A DNA stretch of 64,000 nt from Moniliella sp. 'wahieum' (lineage: Eukaryota). Shown piece after piece: positions 1 to 13,295 of this stretch (positions within the stretch are counted from its first letter, which is position 1; every line of letters starts with the position of its first letter). The notes beneath the pieces are model-generated. The model did no database searches. It was not told the DNA's origin and saw only the letters and a program-made list of their open reading frames with translations. A program made the translations under genes and the position numbers. The stretch is taken from assembly GCA_003971905.1 (NCBI GenBank), contig RSEE01000115.1, forward strand, positions 62,001-126,000, read 5' to 3'.

Positions 1-1365
1 TGTTGGTTGTATGCTCGCCGTATGGTATTCGGAGACATCAAACGTTTCGATGTCAAACAGGTGGTTCTCGCTCACGGCCCGCCAGGCGCCGTAAACCACA
101 TCTTGCAGTGACAAAGCATAGTCCGCCTTTCCATAGCCAGCATCCCGAAAGGGTTCAAGTTCGAGCTAGATACAATGAATCAGCTGCGATCACACACATG
201 TTTGAGTAGGGAGCGGGTGGTGTGATGAATAAATACATACAGTGGAAAAGGGATGTAAGGCTTCAGCGGGGGACTTTCCTCGACCATGATCAGGTGCAGC
301 GCAAGCAGAGTGACGGCATTGGCCTTCATTCGAGGTCGCGTGGAGGTGTAAAAACGATGCCGTGGTCGATGATATCAGGCCGCTTGAAATTCGAAAAGAA
401 TGGCGGTTCTTGGATCAGTATAGAGGGTGGAGAGGCGCATATACGCCAGAGGGAAGTGGGGACATACCGTGAGCAAGCCATGTAAGAGAACGCAGAACTG
501 GTAGACCAGCGACATGTTGAGAGGTCCCCAGTCATCAAAAAAGGGAAATGGCAAAAGGGGTTGGATGTTGTTTTGGCGTCGTTTCGTGAGGACTTTTCAC
601 CTTCGCGGTCGATGGTGAACCAGTGAAACTTGGCCTGGATGGGCCTTGGGGCCCAGGCTAAATTCGACGACGTAGTCTTACGCGACGGGAGTTTGAAGGC
701 GACATCTTGCGGTGGGGGAGCGTTCATCCCTGCCGACTTGGGTGCATGTCTGGGAAAGATAGCGTGCCGTGTTCCATTATGCGCATTCAACGAGGAGGGG
801 GAAGGCAGGGAGCCATCAAACATGTGTAAAGTATATACGTGAGCTCACTTGGATCAAGGGATGGGCCGGAGGAGGAGGCTCAATGGCCTTTTTAAGTGCC
901 GCCCCACCGTCAACTGAAGATGAAGGTGGACACTTGAAGGTGGAAAGCGGGGTGGTGTCTGCTGAGGACCGCGGACGCTTACGCGGGCGCTCAGCTAGGT
1001 CGCCGAGCCCGATCTCTGATGGGGCATCGACTGGAAGTGACATGTCAGCCTGGGATACAGTTTTGACAGCGACGCTCTCGGTGATATCCATCTCAACTAG
1101 TCCATCAGAGGGCGAAGGGGAAGCGACGCAGGTGAGGTCACCCGGATCCAGAAGAGTGGCAGTATTGGGGCTGTCATTGGCGGTGCTGCTGATGTGTGGG
1201 AGGAGGTCGAGTGGATCGTTTGACGATGCCAAGGACGGCAAGGAGGGGGAGGGGGGAGGATGAAGCTGAGGATGCTGCTGACGGCTGTGCGACATTGGTG
1301 GCAGGTGTGGATGGGTCTGCGGGGGCATCCGTCAGAGTGGGTGGGACAGCGTCGAGGGTGTGCAT
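1..1365 (-). CDS. CDC14: Cdc14 dual-specificity phosphatase, 5' part (runs off window edge; introns and indels)
   Basis: Minus-strand pieces in different frames give LIQVSSRIYFTH, KFHWFTID, FFDDWGPLNMSLVYQFC, RMKANAVTLLALHL and, after the GTATGT..TAG intron (about 240-166), LEPFRDAGYGKADYALSLQDVVYGAWRA. These are hallmark Cdc14 N-terminal domain motifs. ATG at 1365 is inferred. Confidence 0.88.
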
Positions 1366-1744
1366 GCTGCCTTGGTAGCCCCCCCGAAGAGAGAGGAGGA
1401 GGTGGTGAAGGTGAGCGTGAGGGGGCTGGGGAACTCTGGGGCCACTCGATCGCCCCTGGTACGACGAACGGAGGAACAAGGGGGCTGTGGGGTGAATGCG
1501 CTCCACTATAGGGTGTTTTGGCGTTGAAAGCTTAAAGTACCCCAGCCCGCCTTGTTCCGCTCGCGTGCGCCCGCTTACGTCATAGCCACGCGCGTAGGCA
1601 ACTCACGCCCAGCGCAGCCTCTGGCCACTCCGTTCCCACCAACAGCCCATGTGAGCCCGTGTGGGCGTGGGGTGTGTGGGAACGACGCTCGCAGTGCAAC
1701 AGTGAACGTTCGGAGCTTGGTCCTCACATGACAGGCTAAAAAAG

Positions 1745-1840
1745 TGGTCAATATGAGGCTTGAACTCATGACCTTGGCATCACCAATACTCTAGAGAAGA
1801 CATATTAGTACCACGCTCTGACCAACTGAGCTAATCGACC
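1745..1840 (-). tRNA. tRNA-Ile(AAT) with ~22 nt intron
   Basis: Reverse complement folds: acceptor GGTCGAT/ATTGACC, D arm GCTCAGTTGGTCAGAGC, anticodon stem TGGTA/TGCCA with CT-AAT-A then intron, T arm ATGAG-TTCAAGC-CTCAT. A T-run Pol III terminator follows. Confidence 0.88.
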
Positions 1841-2450
1841 AGGTGTGTTATCTGGCCTCAATCTTTTTTTCCATTTTCTACAAAACCACATTCAGAACAA
1901 TCAGTGATGAGTCGATGAGTACTTTTTCCAATCTACCCATGTCCCCTCATGTATCCACGTCTCTATTTCAGCCGGATGTCTGCCTGATGTATATCTAGTG
2001 CGCCGTTGCACATTCTCCAGCGTTCTCTTACTACACGGAAGCTATATATGGACCACGAACCTGCTCCTTTTCAGGTAGGTATACTAAAGGCCTATGGCGT
2101 ATGCGTACTACCGCAACTCCGCTTAATATATGGCTTGCATATGTAGCGATACGCAGGTGGCTACGCATTCCAACGTATACTATGAGAGACATAAATGGCA
2201 AGAACAGTGGAGATCATAAAAGGATTTCAAACGGGGGAGAGGACTATTTTGTCCGCTCCAACACCAGCGCTTCAAATCCAGGCGGGGAAGACAGATACAG
2301 GTGGGGATGAAATGAGATCAACAGGTAAGAAGAGCAGCCAGACAAGGGAAGAGGTATGTGGTACGGAGTGCATATGAGAAAAGGGGGAGATGTTGGGGGG
2401 CAACGGGGTCGTGAGGGAAGTTTAAAGCTTGGAAGGGGTACGGCGCACAG

Positions 2451-3555
2451 GCTCAGCCGATTTGGGGTCCAAATATCCTCGGGGTCGGTACCATACGGAG
2501 TCATCTGTTCCAAGGCGTTGGCAAAAGCATTGTCGACCAAACTCTTGAGTGCGCTCAGCTCCTCAAAGTCGACTGTGGGTGCTTTGAGGCCCCACGACGG
2601 CCGTAAGCACTTTCAATTGCCTTGCGCCGCTGTCCCAGCATCGACTTGTACTCGTCCAGCGTCTGCTGGACCAGGTCGAGACGCGAGGTAACGTACTGGT
2701 CGTACAACTCAAAGTTGTTGGAGCAGTTGCGGATGTTGCGCAGGTTGGTGATGTCCTCAGTAGGGCGCTTGGGCCGGAAGGAGGTGACCATGGTGATCCG
2801 CTCAAACGCATTGTCGCACGGCAAGGCCGCATGGTTAATGTACCCGCCTTGCATCAACACGCACGAGCCAAGGTTGGGACCAATTGCCTTGATTGCCTCG
2901 CCGTCCCCACGACGAATTTCCGTCTCGCCTCCCACCATGTCTTTCACATCGGACAGCATCAGTACGCACACCCACGGGTAAGCATCCCGGTGGTAGCCCA
3001 CCACGGGCGCTGTCTTCTCCCCGTTCTTGGGTGCAACCGACACGTGCGACTTGGCAAAGGATCAGCCGAAAGGGTGTTAATGTACTCCCGACGGTCCCAT
3101 CCAGCAGGTACTTGGATGTTGGTGTGGCCCAGCTCATAGTCGAATACAGGCACCAGCTCTTCCCCAGCTGCCTCCGCGAGCGCAGCCAACGTCGCCGGGT
3201 GGGTCCAAAAGTCGTACACAAACTTAGATGCTTCAGGGGCCATGCCACGCAGCTGGGCGTGAGGTCCCGCGAGGGTGGACTGCATCATGTGGTGGTCGAG
3301 CACGTGAGGCTGGAGGATGGCCTGGCGCATTGCCTTCACACCTTCGTACGAGGCCAGGGGGAAAGGACCCGCACAGCCCATGGGAGAAGGGGCCTTGAGA
3401 CCAGCAAGGGCAAGTTGGTCCATCGTTTGGCGCTCCTGGTCAAGGGGCTTGGTGTACTGCAAGTGCACGGCAGGGTTGAAAGTAGCCTCACCAGCTGGGA
3501 CACCGTGCACGGGCGCGGAAGGAGTAGCAGACTGTTGTTGAACAAGAGCGTCCAT
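2451..3555 (-). CDS. Fungal Fe(II)/2-oxoglutarate dioxygenase-like protein (frameshifted in assembly)
   Basis: ORFs 2959..3642, 2555..3043 and 2244..2540 join into one protein with FNPAVHLQY, GPFPL, YELGHTNIQ, then HxD (YHRDAYPWVCVLMLSD), GGET, distal H (YINHAA) and RxS-type (ERITMVTSFRP). The 3' end is approximate. Confidence 0.75.
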
Positions 3556-6487
3556 GGCGAAGAAGAGAGGAGAAAAGGTAGGCGCTGATGTGGAGAGAGG
3601 AGAGTAGATGTAGGGCTGGTGATGGTATGGTTGGCTAGGCAAGAATCGCTGTGGTTTATATAGATTCGGGGTATGCCAACCAAATGTAGCTGCCCATCAA
3701 AGTTATACACTGGCCCGTTACCGCGCTACGTCGCTTAAAATTAATTGGCCGGGGAGCAGGCACCGCACCTGGCGCAGTGCGGGCAAGTCATGTGCCGGGT
3801 TAGGGTGGCGTAGGGGCAGTGTGCGCTTGGGCCGACACTGGTCGTCTGCCTTGGAATTGCCTAGGCGCGGCAAAACTGCCGCCGTGCCGGGCTGAGACTG
3901 TGCAGCGCTTGGTTTGTGTGCGCAATAAAGGATTGTGCATCATCAGATGGCAGGTGGGCGCGGGTTGGCGCTTAGGACGACCCCAGAAAAAGCAAGCGCT
4001 ACTAAACCACCGTCGTCGGGGAAGTCCACTTCCCCCTTTCAGATCTCAGAGCAGCAGCGAATCACTGCAGCGCAGTCCGGCGCACAGTGTCAACCACAGT
4101 ACACGGCAACCTGTCACCAACGGGGAGGGATTCCCCCGGGGGGCATTTTCCCCGCGCTAATACTAACGCAGTAGAGAGCAGCCGCGGCAACCAACACCGC
4201 CATTAAAACCACACACATCATCAGGGCATCAGCTTCAACAGAGAGTCCGTTGGCTTATATGCCACACACACTCACGGACGTGCTAGGTTGAACTGCTGTG
4301 CCTAGGCTAACCGGCTAACCCTCCACAACAGTACTACTATGCTGTCAGTGTGCATACACACCCACACAGCTTGCCGAAAAATATAATGACGGCGCTTCTG
4401 AATTTTTTTTCCACTCTTCTCGTCTTCATCGACTCTCCAGCCACTGAGTACTAACTGTAGAGACAGTTACACCTGTAGTTTTATCATCATGCAACATTAA
4501 CTCCAACCGCGGAAAAAGGAGAAGAACCTGCCGAAGGCGTAGTGGCCCGTATGGCGGCACGTGCGCCGGGCCGCGTGGCATACACAAATCAGATTATAGC
4601 CCTAGTCCACCAGACTATAGTATTTTACCTCCGGGGTTTCGTCTCGTTCCTTGTATTCGTCTCTGGCACCATCTCGCTACTCGGCGGTTATCCAACTTAA
4701 TCTCCCCATCATGCACTCCACTCCTGACCTATCTGTTTGATCTTTTACACGCCTCATCTCTTGATTCTTGCCTTGTCTTTCTCATTTGCTCCATATGCCC
4801 TCTCTGCCCTTGCTTTTGCCCCTATGAACGCGGTTACTGCATTCCCTGCCCGTGCCTCAACTTTGATATCTCTATATCGCTTTAGAACCCCCGCCTGTTG
4901 CAGGTCCGACGCTCTGCTCTATTCTCCTCGGCATCATCATTTCCATATTCTGACCGCGCTCATTGCTCTGCCTCCTCTGATTCAAGGGTATAGTATTGAT
5001 TTGGGCCGATTGGTCTGCATTCAGAATGCATGGAATGGTGCCTTATATACCAGAGGGAAAGGATAAGTAATCACATGGTAAACAACGCGCTTGATGAGGG
5101 GGAGAGACACAAAGGGGTCGGAAGATCGAGAACAGGGTCATACGCACAGCAGGTGGGTATCTGTGTGTGGCCCATAAGTCCGATGTTTACGCCATTGGAC
5201 TTAAACTTAGCGGTTGTGAAATGCGTTCACCCCGGGAGTCATATACTCCAATGGTAAAGCTGGTAAAGGTCCGCATGGGAGACCAGCAGCCTCAGCATAC
5301 CACTCGCTTGTGGGACGTGATGTTGGTTGGACTGGGGCGTGTCTAGAGCAAATTCAATCGTCAGAGGCCACTCTCTGTGCGCCGTCCCCGCTCGGCTCTT
5401 CCAATTCTCTCTCTTAACATAAGGGCATGTTGAAGATTGGGTTGGCATTCGTGGATTTTTTGGTATGTGTGTTTGGGGCACGCTTGCGTAGATGGGGTTG
5501 CTGCGACCGTACATATTCAATCTGCGTTGAACGTTGAACGTTGAACGTTGATGTGCAATGGAACGGTTGGCGCATGTCTGGCTCGTATGAGAGGTGGGCG
5601 TAATCGGGTTGCGGTACTCCGCCGCGACGATTGTGCACCTGTTGGCGGCAATGACGAATGGCGCTGAGAGTCTGAAGGGACGAGGGAGTTCCTGACGAGC
5701 AACGGAAGCGACGGGCACAGGGGACACAAAGGACCGCGCGAGCGCGAGCAGAACAAGACAGAGTGGCCTTAAAGTTCGTTGCAGTGTTGCAAGAGGTTGC
5801 CTACGGGATCGCTGTCATTTCAACGTCGCACCACAGCACTTTTAATCGCCTTCGCATTATGCAGTTCCGCGACACCGGAAGTGCACCGCCCCGTGGCCCA
5901 GTGCAGTTGTCCCGAATACTAACCCCGTGCGTCCCGTCAACACGGTCCAGACACGGCCATCGCGGCACGATGCATGATGCATGATGCATGATGCATGGTG
6001 CCTGGGCCTGATGCATGAGGTATGACATCACTGTGCTGCCTCGCCTGTGCACAGCAGCTGGCCTGCAGCACGACCCAGCGAGCGGCTGAGCGTCGGTGGT
6101 GCCTGGCCGATAACCACCACTGATTGCCTCGCGGGATCTGCGGCGCCTCCGCAGCTGTTATGTGGTGCATGGGAATGCAAATACTGACTTCTACGCCTCT
6201 CAGCTCTCATGATCTGCATGATCTCATGGCGGCGACATGCATGTGTCTGATCCGCCGCAGCCTATACATACCACCGGATCCACTAACCTATATACGCCCT
6301 CCTTATATACATCTTCCCCTCCCACCCTCTGACTCATCCCGCTTCACCACGCCATCCCAACAACCCCTCATTCCCCCTCACCGCACACACAACTCACCAC
6401 CTCCTGCTCAACCAACTCCCAGCCCTCCCCACATCATTCAACCCACTGCCAAAACTAGAAGCGTTTTATATCCAGCATATTGTCCCC

Positions 6488-7342
6488 ATGTACCTACACC
6501 CACGCGACAGCGGCCACTCCAGTGATTCCCATGAAAAGAACGGTTCACCGTGTCCTGGTGGAAGATCCTTCTGGGTACGTCTCCTCATCTACCTCCTAAC
6601 TCCCCGACAAGCACAGCAAGCATGCTGACCACTATTGCAACTGGCCGTCATCGTACCGACAACAGAATTCTTCGTGCCCTTCATTGTCGTCTTCGGCGTA
6701 CTTGCCATCGTGCTGTATGGGAGAAACTGGTTCTTGGCCTGCAAGCACATGTGGCAGCGCTGTCGTCGCAATTTAGCATCAACTATTAGTAGCGCACGCA
6801 AAATAAGCGTCCCAACCATTGCGTTAGGTCAAATGGTGAGATGACCTCTCCCTCCCCATCGTGACCGAGCCGAACTAACTTCCCTTCTCCCTCCACCCGC
6901 TACGTTGGGTCATCTTCGACGACCAGAAATCCAAAGTCAGCGCTTTCTTCGCGCGCTTCCGCCCCACTCACAAACGCAAGACCAGCCTCCCCTCGCCGGA
7001 CGACGAGAAAGCAACGTGCAGTCCAACCCCGGAGACTTCTCCTCCGCCTGTACGCCATCCAGCTCCAAGTGGAGGGAGTGGACGGGCCTCCACGTTCCTC
7101 ACCTGCAACGCCAACCATCCTCAGCAACCACAGCCACCTCGAAGAAGGATCTGCTCGATACAGCTTCGGACACGACACATACCCCCACGCCATCCATCTT
7201 TTCTGCCAACTCATTCAAGCCCGCGCTCTCCCTCGCCGATGGAGATAGCAAGGATATCGAGCCTGATGAGTTCCCCGAGATCCGGCCGATCCCGCCCTCC
7301 CCGCCCCCGCCGGCCTACATGCCCCCGGGTTCCCAACGATAG
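6488..7342 (+). CDS. Single-pass membrane protein with C-terminal PPAY motif, tandem copy 1
   Basis: Three exons (introns 6575-6665 GTACGT..CAG and 6836-6926 GTGAGA..CAG): MYLHPRDS..WWKILL / EFFVPFIVVFGVLAIVLYGRNWFLACKHMWQRCRR..GQM / KSKVSAFF..SPPPPAYMPPGSQR*. Splice sites are conserved in the paralogues. Confidence 0.7.
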
Positions 7343-8557
7343 AGTATGGAACAATATGATGATGGCCCCAATACTCCTTCGTGCGGTCTTCCAGTAACGA
7401 GCCCGCAATTGAATGCATATATGTGAGACCACAGTGGATCCATACATAGAGACGTTCTCCTCGGTGGGAGTATGACTGCCTCGGTGACGTCTCCATCACT
7501 GTGAGCCAGAAGGACGACGAGGGCAAGCCAATGAGGTTCCTATTATATAGTGGCGAGTCAACAGTTCAGCAGTGGTGTTGACACCATATCGTATACCTGC
7601 AAGGGAGCCGATTATCGATAAGCAGCAACCGCAATGATGAGATGAAGCCTGGAGCCCTGTGGGTGAACCTCTCAGGGTGAAGACGAAGGGAGGCGCTCTC
7701 CCGCCACTATCGGCGCTCGCCTATAGTGGGGGGGGTGATGATGATGGTGGTCTAACCCAATCCCGAACACATCTGCAGGGGCATACAGCCCCTTTTGTCG
7801 CGACTGGGCCAGATGCGGAGACCAAAAGGAAAAACGAAAACGAAAACATCGAAGCTCCTACGCCTGTGTAGAAGCGGCTTAAGGGAGCGGCGGCGTTGGT
7901 CAAAAAGCACTGATTAGCCACACGGTGGTCTGGCCTTGTTGCGCCCTGTGGTCAATTCACCGCAACCAGAGACACCTACTGACTGAAAAGAGCTAGGGGG
8001 GGCTGTTCAAGATCACGGAGGGTGAACGAAGAATCGAGTGGAAGTGGTGTCGGTCGTGGTGAGAAGACAGGAGGGGAAGCGGCGACCACTATAGCCACTG
8101 GAGCACATATGGACGGCGCGCCGGCCACAGCATGGCCTATATAGGGCCACCGTGGCACAGGGCCTGTGTAGGTCAAGCTATCATCGACTCTCACGTCACG
8201 CGTCACGCGTGACAACAACGTTCAACACGAAACTGTTGTTGATATTGGGCCTTAGGCCTTAGGGCGAGAACACCTGCCTGCGGCTGTCTCCGCAACTGGC
8301 TGGGAAAACAAGACATGTATTTACACCCATATTTTGCAGTTATGCTCCGATCTCTTATATACACCAATCCTAGAAGCCCTTCTTGTTACCCCACTTCCTA
8401 ATTGCTTCCTCACTGGCACCATCCCACAAACCGTTGTTGTCCCCCCTCGCCACACACATCCGTATTCCCCCCCCTGTTCAACCAACCTTCACAGCCCCCC
8501 GCACACCATTGAACCCGCTACCGAAACTAGAAGCGTTTCCTCCAACATCCTGTCCCC

Positions 8558-9423
8558 ATGTACCTACACCCACGCAACAACAAGGACTCCAGTGATTCCC
8601 ATGACAAGAAAGGGTACACCGGGCCCTGGTGGAAGGCACTTCTGGGTACGTCTCCTCTCCTACCTCCTAACTCCCCGACAAGCACAGCATGCATGCTGAC
8701 TACTGTTGCAACTGGCCTTCATCTACGGACAACAGAATTCTTCGTGCCCGTTATGGCGTCTACGTGTTCCTTGCCATCTGGGTGTATGGAGGAAACTGGT
8801 TCTTGGCGTGCAAACTCATGTGGCAGCGTTGTCGTCGCAATTTAGCATCAACAATTAGTTGCACATGCAGATGGTGGGCAGTAAACGTCGTGCCAACCAT
8901 TAAAGTTGAGTTTGGTCAATGGTGAGATGACCTCTCTCTTCCCATCCTGACGGAGTCGAACTAACTCCCCTTTCCCCCTCGAACCCGGTGTACGTTGGGT
9001 TATCTTCAACGACCAGAAATCCAAAGTCGGCACTTTTTTCACGCGCTTCCGCCCTACCCACAAACGCAAGTCCAGCCTCCCCTCACCAGACGAAGAAAGA
9101 AAGCAACGTGCAGTCCAACCCCGGAGATTTCTCCTCCGCCCTATGCCGTCTAGCTCCAAGTGGACAGGCCTCCACTTCCTGACCTTCAACGACAACCATC
9201 GTCAGCAACCACAGCCACCTCGAAGAAGGCCTTGCTCGATACAGCTTCGAGCATGACACATACCCCCACGCCATCCATCTTTTCTGCCAATTCATTCAAG
9301 CCCGCGCTCTCCCTCGCCGATGGAGATGGCAAGGATATTGAGCTAACGGAGGTCCCCGAGGTCGGGCCTTTCCCCCCCTCCCCGCCTCCGCCGGCCTACA
9401 TTCCCCCCGGTTCCCGTCGCTAG
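8558..9423 (+). CDS. Single-pass membrane protein with PPAY motif, tandem copy 2
   Basis: Same exon-intron layout as copy 1: MYLHPRNNKDSSDSHDK..WWKALL, a TM exon, and C-terminus PPSPPPPAYIPPGSRR*. Confidence 0.7.
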
Positions 9424-10542
9424 AGTATGAATATTAGGGTGCTGGCCCAATACTCCTTCGTGTGTGCTTCGTATAGGGAGCCTATAATTGAATGCATATA
9501 TGTGAGACCACGACGGATCCATGCATAAAGACCTTTCTCTCTGTGGGAGTATAACTGAAGGCTACCTCGGTTAACGTCGCCACCACTATGAGCCCGAAGG
9601 ACCCATGTAGCCGCTTTCAATAACCAGCAACCGGAATGATGAGATGAAACCTGGAGCCCTGTGGATGAACGCTCAGCTCAGGGCGAAGACAAAGAGGCGC
9701 TCTCCCGCCACTATCGGCGCTCGCCCTATAGGGGGGGGGCGATGATGGTGGTGGTCTAACCCAATCGCGAACACCCGCAGGACATACGTCCCTCTTGTCG
9801 CGACTGGGCCAGATGCGGTGACCAAAAGGAAAAACGAAAACGAAAAATCGGAGCTCCTACGCCTGTCTGTGGAATCCGTCCCTCAGAGCGTTGGTCAAAC
9901 GCACTATCTGGCCTTGTGCCCTGTGGTCAATTCACCGCAACCAGAGACACCTACTGACCGTAAAGAGCTAAGAGAGCTGTTCACGATCACGGAGGGTGAA
10001 CAGAGTATCGAGTGGAAGTGATGTCGGTCATGGTGAGAAGACAGGAGGGGAAGCGGCGACCATTATAGCCACTGAAGCAGTGGACGGCGCGGGCGCGCAT
10101 CAGCCACAGCACTGGCCTAGGACCACCGTCGCACAGGCCTGTGTATGTCAAGCTATCATCGACGTATCACGCCACGCGTCACCCATCACATGTCTCATGT
10201 TACAACGTTTAACACAAAACTGATATTAGGCCGTAGCCTTAGGGGCGAGAACACACTTGCCTGCGGCTGTCTCCGCAACTGACTGGAAAAAACAGACATG
10301 TATTTACACCGATACCATCTTGCTGTTATGCTCCGATTCTTATATACACCAACTAGAAGCCCTTCTTGTTACCCACTCCCTAATTGCTTCATCACCACAC
10401 CTTCCCACAAACCGTCGTTGTCCTTCCTCGCCACACAACCACCGCACCTCGCCCCCTGTTCAACCAACCTTCACAGCCCCCCACACACCATTGAACCCAC
10501 CACCGAAGAAACTAGAAGCGTTTCCTCTATCATACTGTCCCC

Positions 10543-11407
10543 ATGTACCTACACCACGCAACAGCAAAGACTCTAGTGATTCCCATGACAAAGACGAATT
10601 CAAAGGGCCCTGGTGGAAAGCCCTTTTGGGTACGTCTCTTCTCCTGCCTCCAAACTCCCCACAAGCACTGCATGGATGTTGCTGACCAGGTAACTGGCTT
10701 TAACCGTACCGACAACAGAAATATTCATGCCCAACCTTATCTTCTTCGGGATAATTGTCCTCCTGATGTGTGCGGGAAGCATGCTATCGGCGTGCAAAGA
10801 GTACATGAGGCGTCGTCGTCGTAATGGAACATCAACGAGTCCACGCAGGTGGTGGGCAGTAAACGTCGTGCCAGCCACTAAAGTTGCCTTTGGTCAAATG
10901 GTAAGATGACCTCTCTCTTTTCATCCTGACGGAGTCGAAACTCCCCCTTTCCCTCTCGCCCCGCTATACGTTGGGTTGTCTTTTCAACGACCAGAAATCC
11001 AAAGTGGGCACTTTCTTCACTCGCTTCCGCCCCACCACAAACGCAAGTCCAGCCTCCCCTCGCCCGACGACGAAGAAATCAACGTGCAGTCCAACTCTGG
11101 AGATTTCTCCTCTGCTCCTATGCCATCCAGCTCCAAGTGGACGGGCCTCCAAGTTCCTCACCTGCAACGACAACCATCCACAGCAAGCCCGGCCACCTCG
11201 AACAAACCCTTGCTCGATACTGCTTCGGGCACGACACATACCCCACACCATCCATATTTTCTGCCAACTCTTTCAAGCCCCCTCTCTCCCTCGCCGATGG
11301 AGATGGCAAGGATATCGAGCTAACGGTGTTCCCGAAGAGATCGGGCCTATCCGCCTCCGCCCTCCCCGCCCCCGCCAGCCTACATTCCCCCCGGTTCTCA
11401 TCGCTAG
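10543..11407 (+). CDS. Single-pass membrane protein with PPAY motif, tandem copy 3
   Basis: MYLH..DSSDSHDKDEFKGPWWKALL; TM exon MPNLIFFGIIVLLMCAGSMLSACKEYMRRRRR; the last exon has CCGCCAGCCTACATTCCC (PPAYIP) out of frame because of indels. Confidence 0.62.
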
Positions 11408-12446
11408 AGTATGGAACAATAGGATGCTGGCCCAATACCCCTTCGTGTGTGCTTCCTAGGGAGCCTAGTTGAATGCCTATTATGTGACCACAGTGGATCC
11501 ATGCGTAGAGACCCACTCTCTTGCTTTTCTTTGTCGGCGTATTACACGGAACCACTGCTCATCATTCAAAAACAGTGTATTGCGAGTGTACCATGTCCAA
11601 ACCCTGCCAGGTGAACGTAGGACGACGCAATTCCATTGAACAAATGGGAGGATGACGACGACGGTTATCGATCCAGGCCAGACAGAGGTTATGTTTAGTA
11701 TGCAGTCAAGCAGGAAAGACCTTCTCCTCTGTGGGTGTTGACATGAATGTCGGCTGCCTCTCGGTGACGTCGCGCCACAACAGTGAGCGAGAAATAGGAG
11801 GGGCAAGCCAATGAGGTTTGAGTTGTAGGGAAGAACGGTTGCGGGATACGGCGACGACTCGGTGGCGTCCGGCACGAGTTTCTGTCTCCGGGTGGGGAAG
11901 AAAAGTGTAAGTCCACAGGGACGGACGAACCGACACGTCAGCAGTAGGGGGACATTCAACCGTCAGTCGCGATTGGGCCTGTTGCGAGAACAAATGGGAA
12001 TCAGAAGCAGGAAAACATCGGAGTTCCTACGTCTGGAAAAGCATGAGATCTGAGGGGGCGTCGATCAAACGCACGAGCCACAGGCCTGGCCTAACAATGG
12101 TACAGGGGGCCAGGCACACCAGGCACACCAGGCACGCCCTCTGCCTGCGGCGGTCTCCGCAGTTAGAAAGCAAAGCTTATTTACACCACGCCGATTTGCT
12201 TCACATAATTTACAAGCTTATTTAAAAGCGACGAAGGCTCTGATGCTTCTCCCACATACACCCTCCTATTAGTGTGGCCCTTTTGCTGCCCCACCCCTTT
12301 TAATCGCTTCATCACCATCCCCATCCCACAAGCCATTTATCCCTCGGTCGCCACACACTCTGTTTTTCAACCCTCATCAATTCCCAGCCCTTTCCCACAC
12401 AACAACCTCTCGTGTCTAACGAGAGTTTCATCAATACCTTGTCCTC

Positions 12447-13295
12447 ATGGATCCACAACCACCCAAGAGCAGCCCAGTGGCTCCTCTCACAAAAAAGGGA
12501 ACGGCCAATTCTGGTGGAACGCCGTTTGAGTACGTCTGCATCTATACTTCATCTCTTCCCAACCGGGGCGACGGGGCGACACTACGCCTTCTGACCCACA
12601 ACCCTTGTCATCGTATGATCGGCAACAGTTGTCGTCTTGCCCATGATTGCCGCTGCTGTCGTGCTTATAATGCTGATGAACGGGAGGGCTATGTGGCGGT
12701 GCAATTGCTTGAAAAGGCGTCCTCGCAATTTCCGAGCACCTCGTACTACGCGCCGATGGTATGAAATACGCGTACCAACCATTTCGTTCGGACAAATGGT
12801 GAGATGATGACCTCCCTCTTCTTTTTCCACTGTCTACCATACAAGCCGCGAGCTAACCCCCCCCCCCCCCCGATTAGAAAGCCAAAGTGGGATCCTTCTT
12901 TGCCCGCTACCAGCCCACCCACAAACGCAAGTCTAGCCTCCCCTCGCCCGACGACGAGGAAAGCAACGTACAGTCTTACCCCGGAGACTTCTCCTCCGCC
13001 CCTATACCGTCTAGCTCCAAGTGGACGGGGCCCCTTTCCTGATCTGCAACGACAACCATCCTCAGCAACCACAGCCACCTCGAAGAAGGCCCTGCTCGAT
13101 ACAGCTTCGGACACGACACATACCCCCACGCCATCCATTTTTTCCGCCAACTCTGTCAAGCCCCCGCTTTCCCTCGCCGATGGAGATGGTAACGATATCG
13201 ATCTACCTGAGCTCCCTGAGCGCCCGGAACTTCCGCCCATCTCACTCTCCCCCCCGTTGCCAGCCTACTTCCCTCCTCCAACCTCCCATGACTAG
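12447..13295 (+). CDS. Single-pass membrane protein with LPAY motif, tandem copy 4 (most diverged)
   Basis: ATG at the homologous position, GTACGT donor at 12530, hydrophobic exon (VVLPMIAAAVVLIMLM), GQM/GTGAG donor, and conserved tail LQRQPSSATTATSKKALLDTASDTT..PPLPAYFPPPTSHD*. Confidence 0.6.

Noticed and set aside
326..1506. Possible LINE ORF1 next to a tRNA gene
   Set aside because: Translation across frames and introns gives clear Cdc14 motifs.
4737..5066. Hydrophobic 109-aa ORF as a secreted peptide
   Set aside because: Non-ATG start; the hydrophobicity is explained by pyrimidine-rich intergenic composition.
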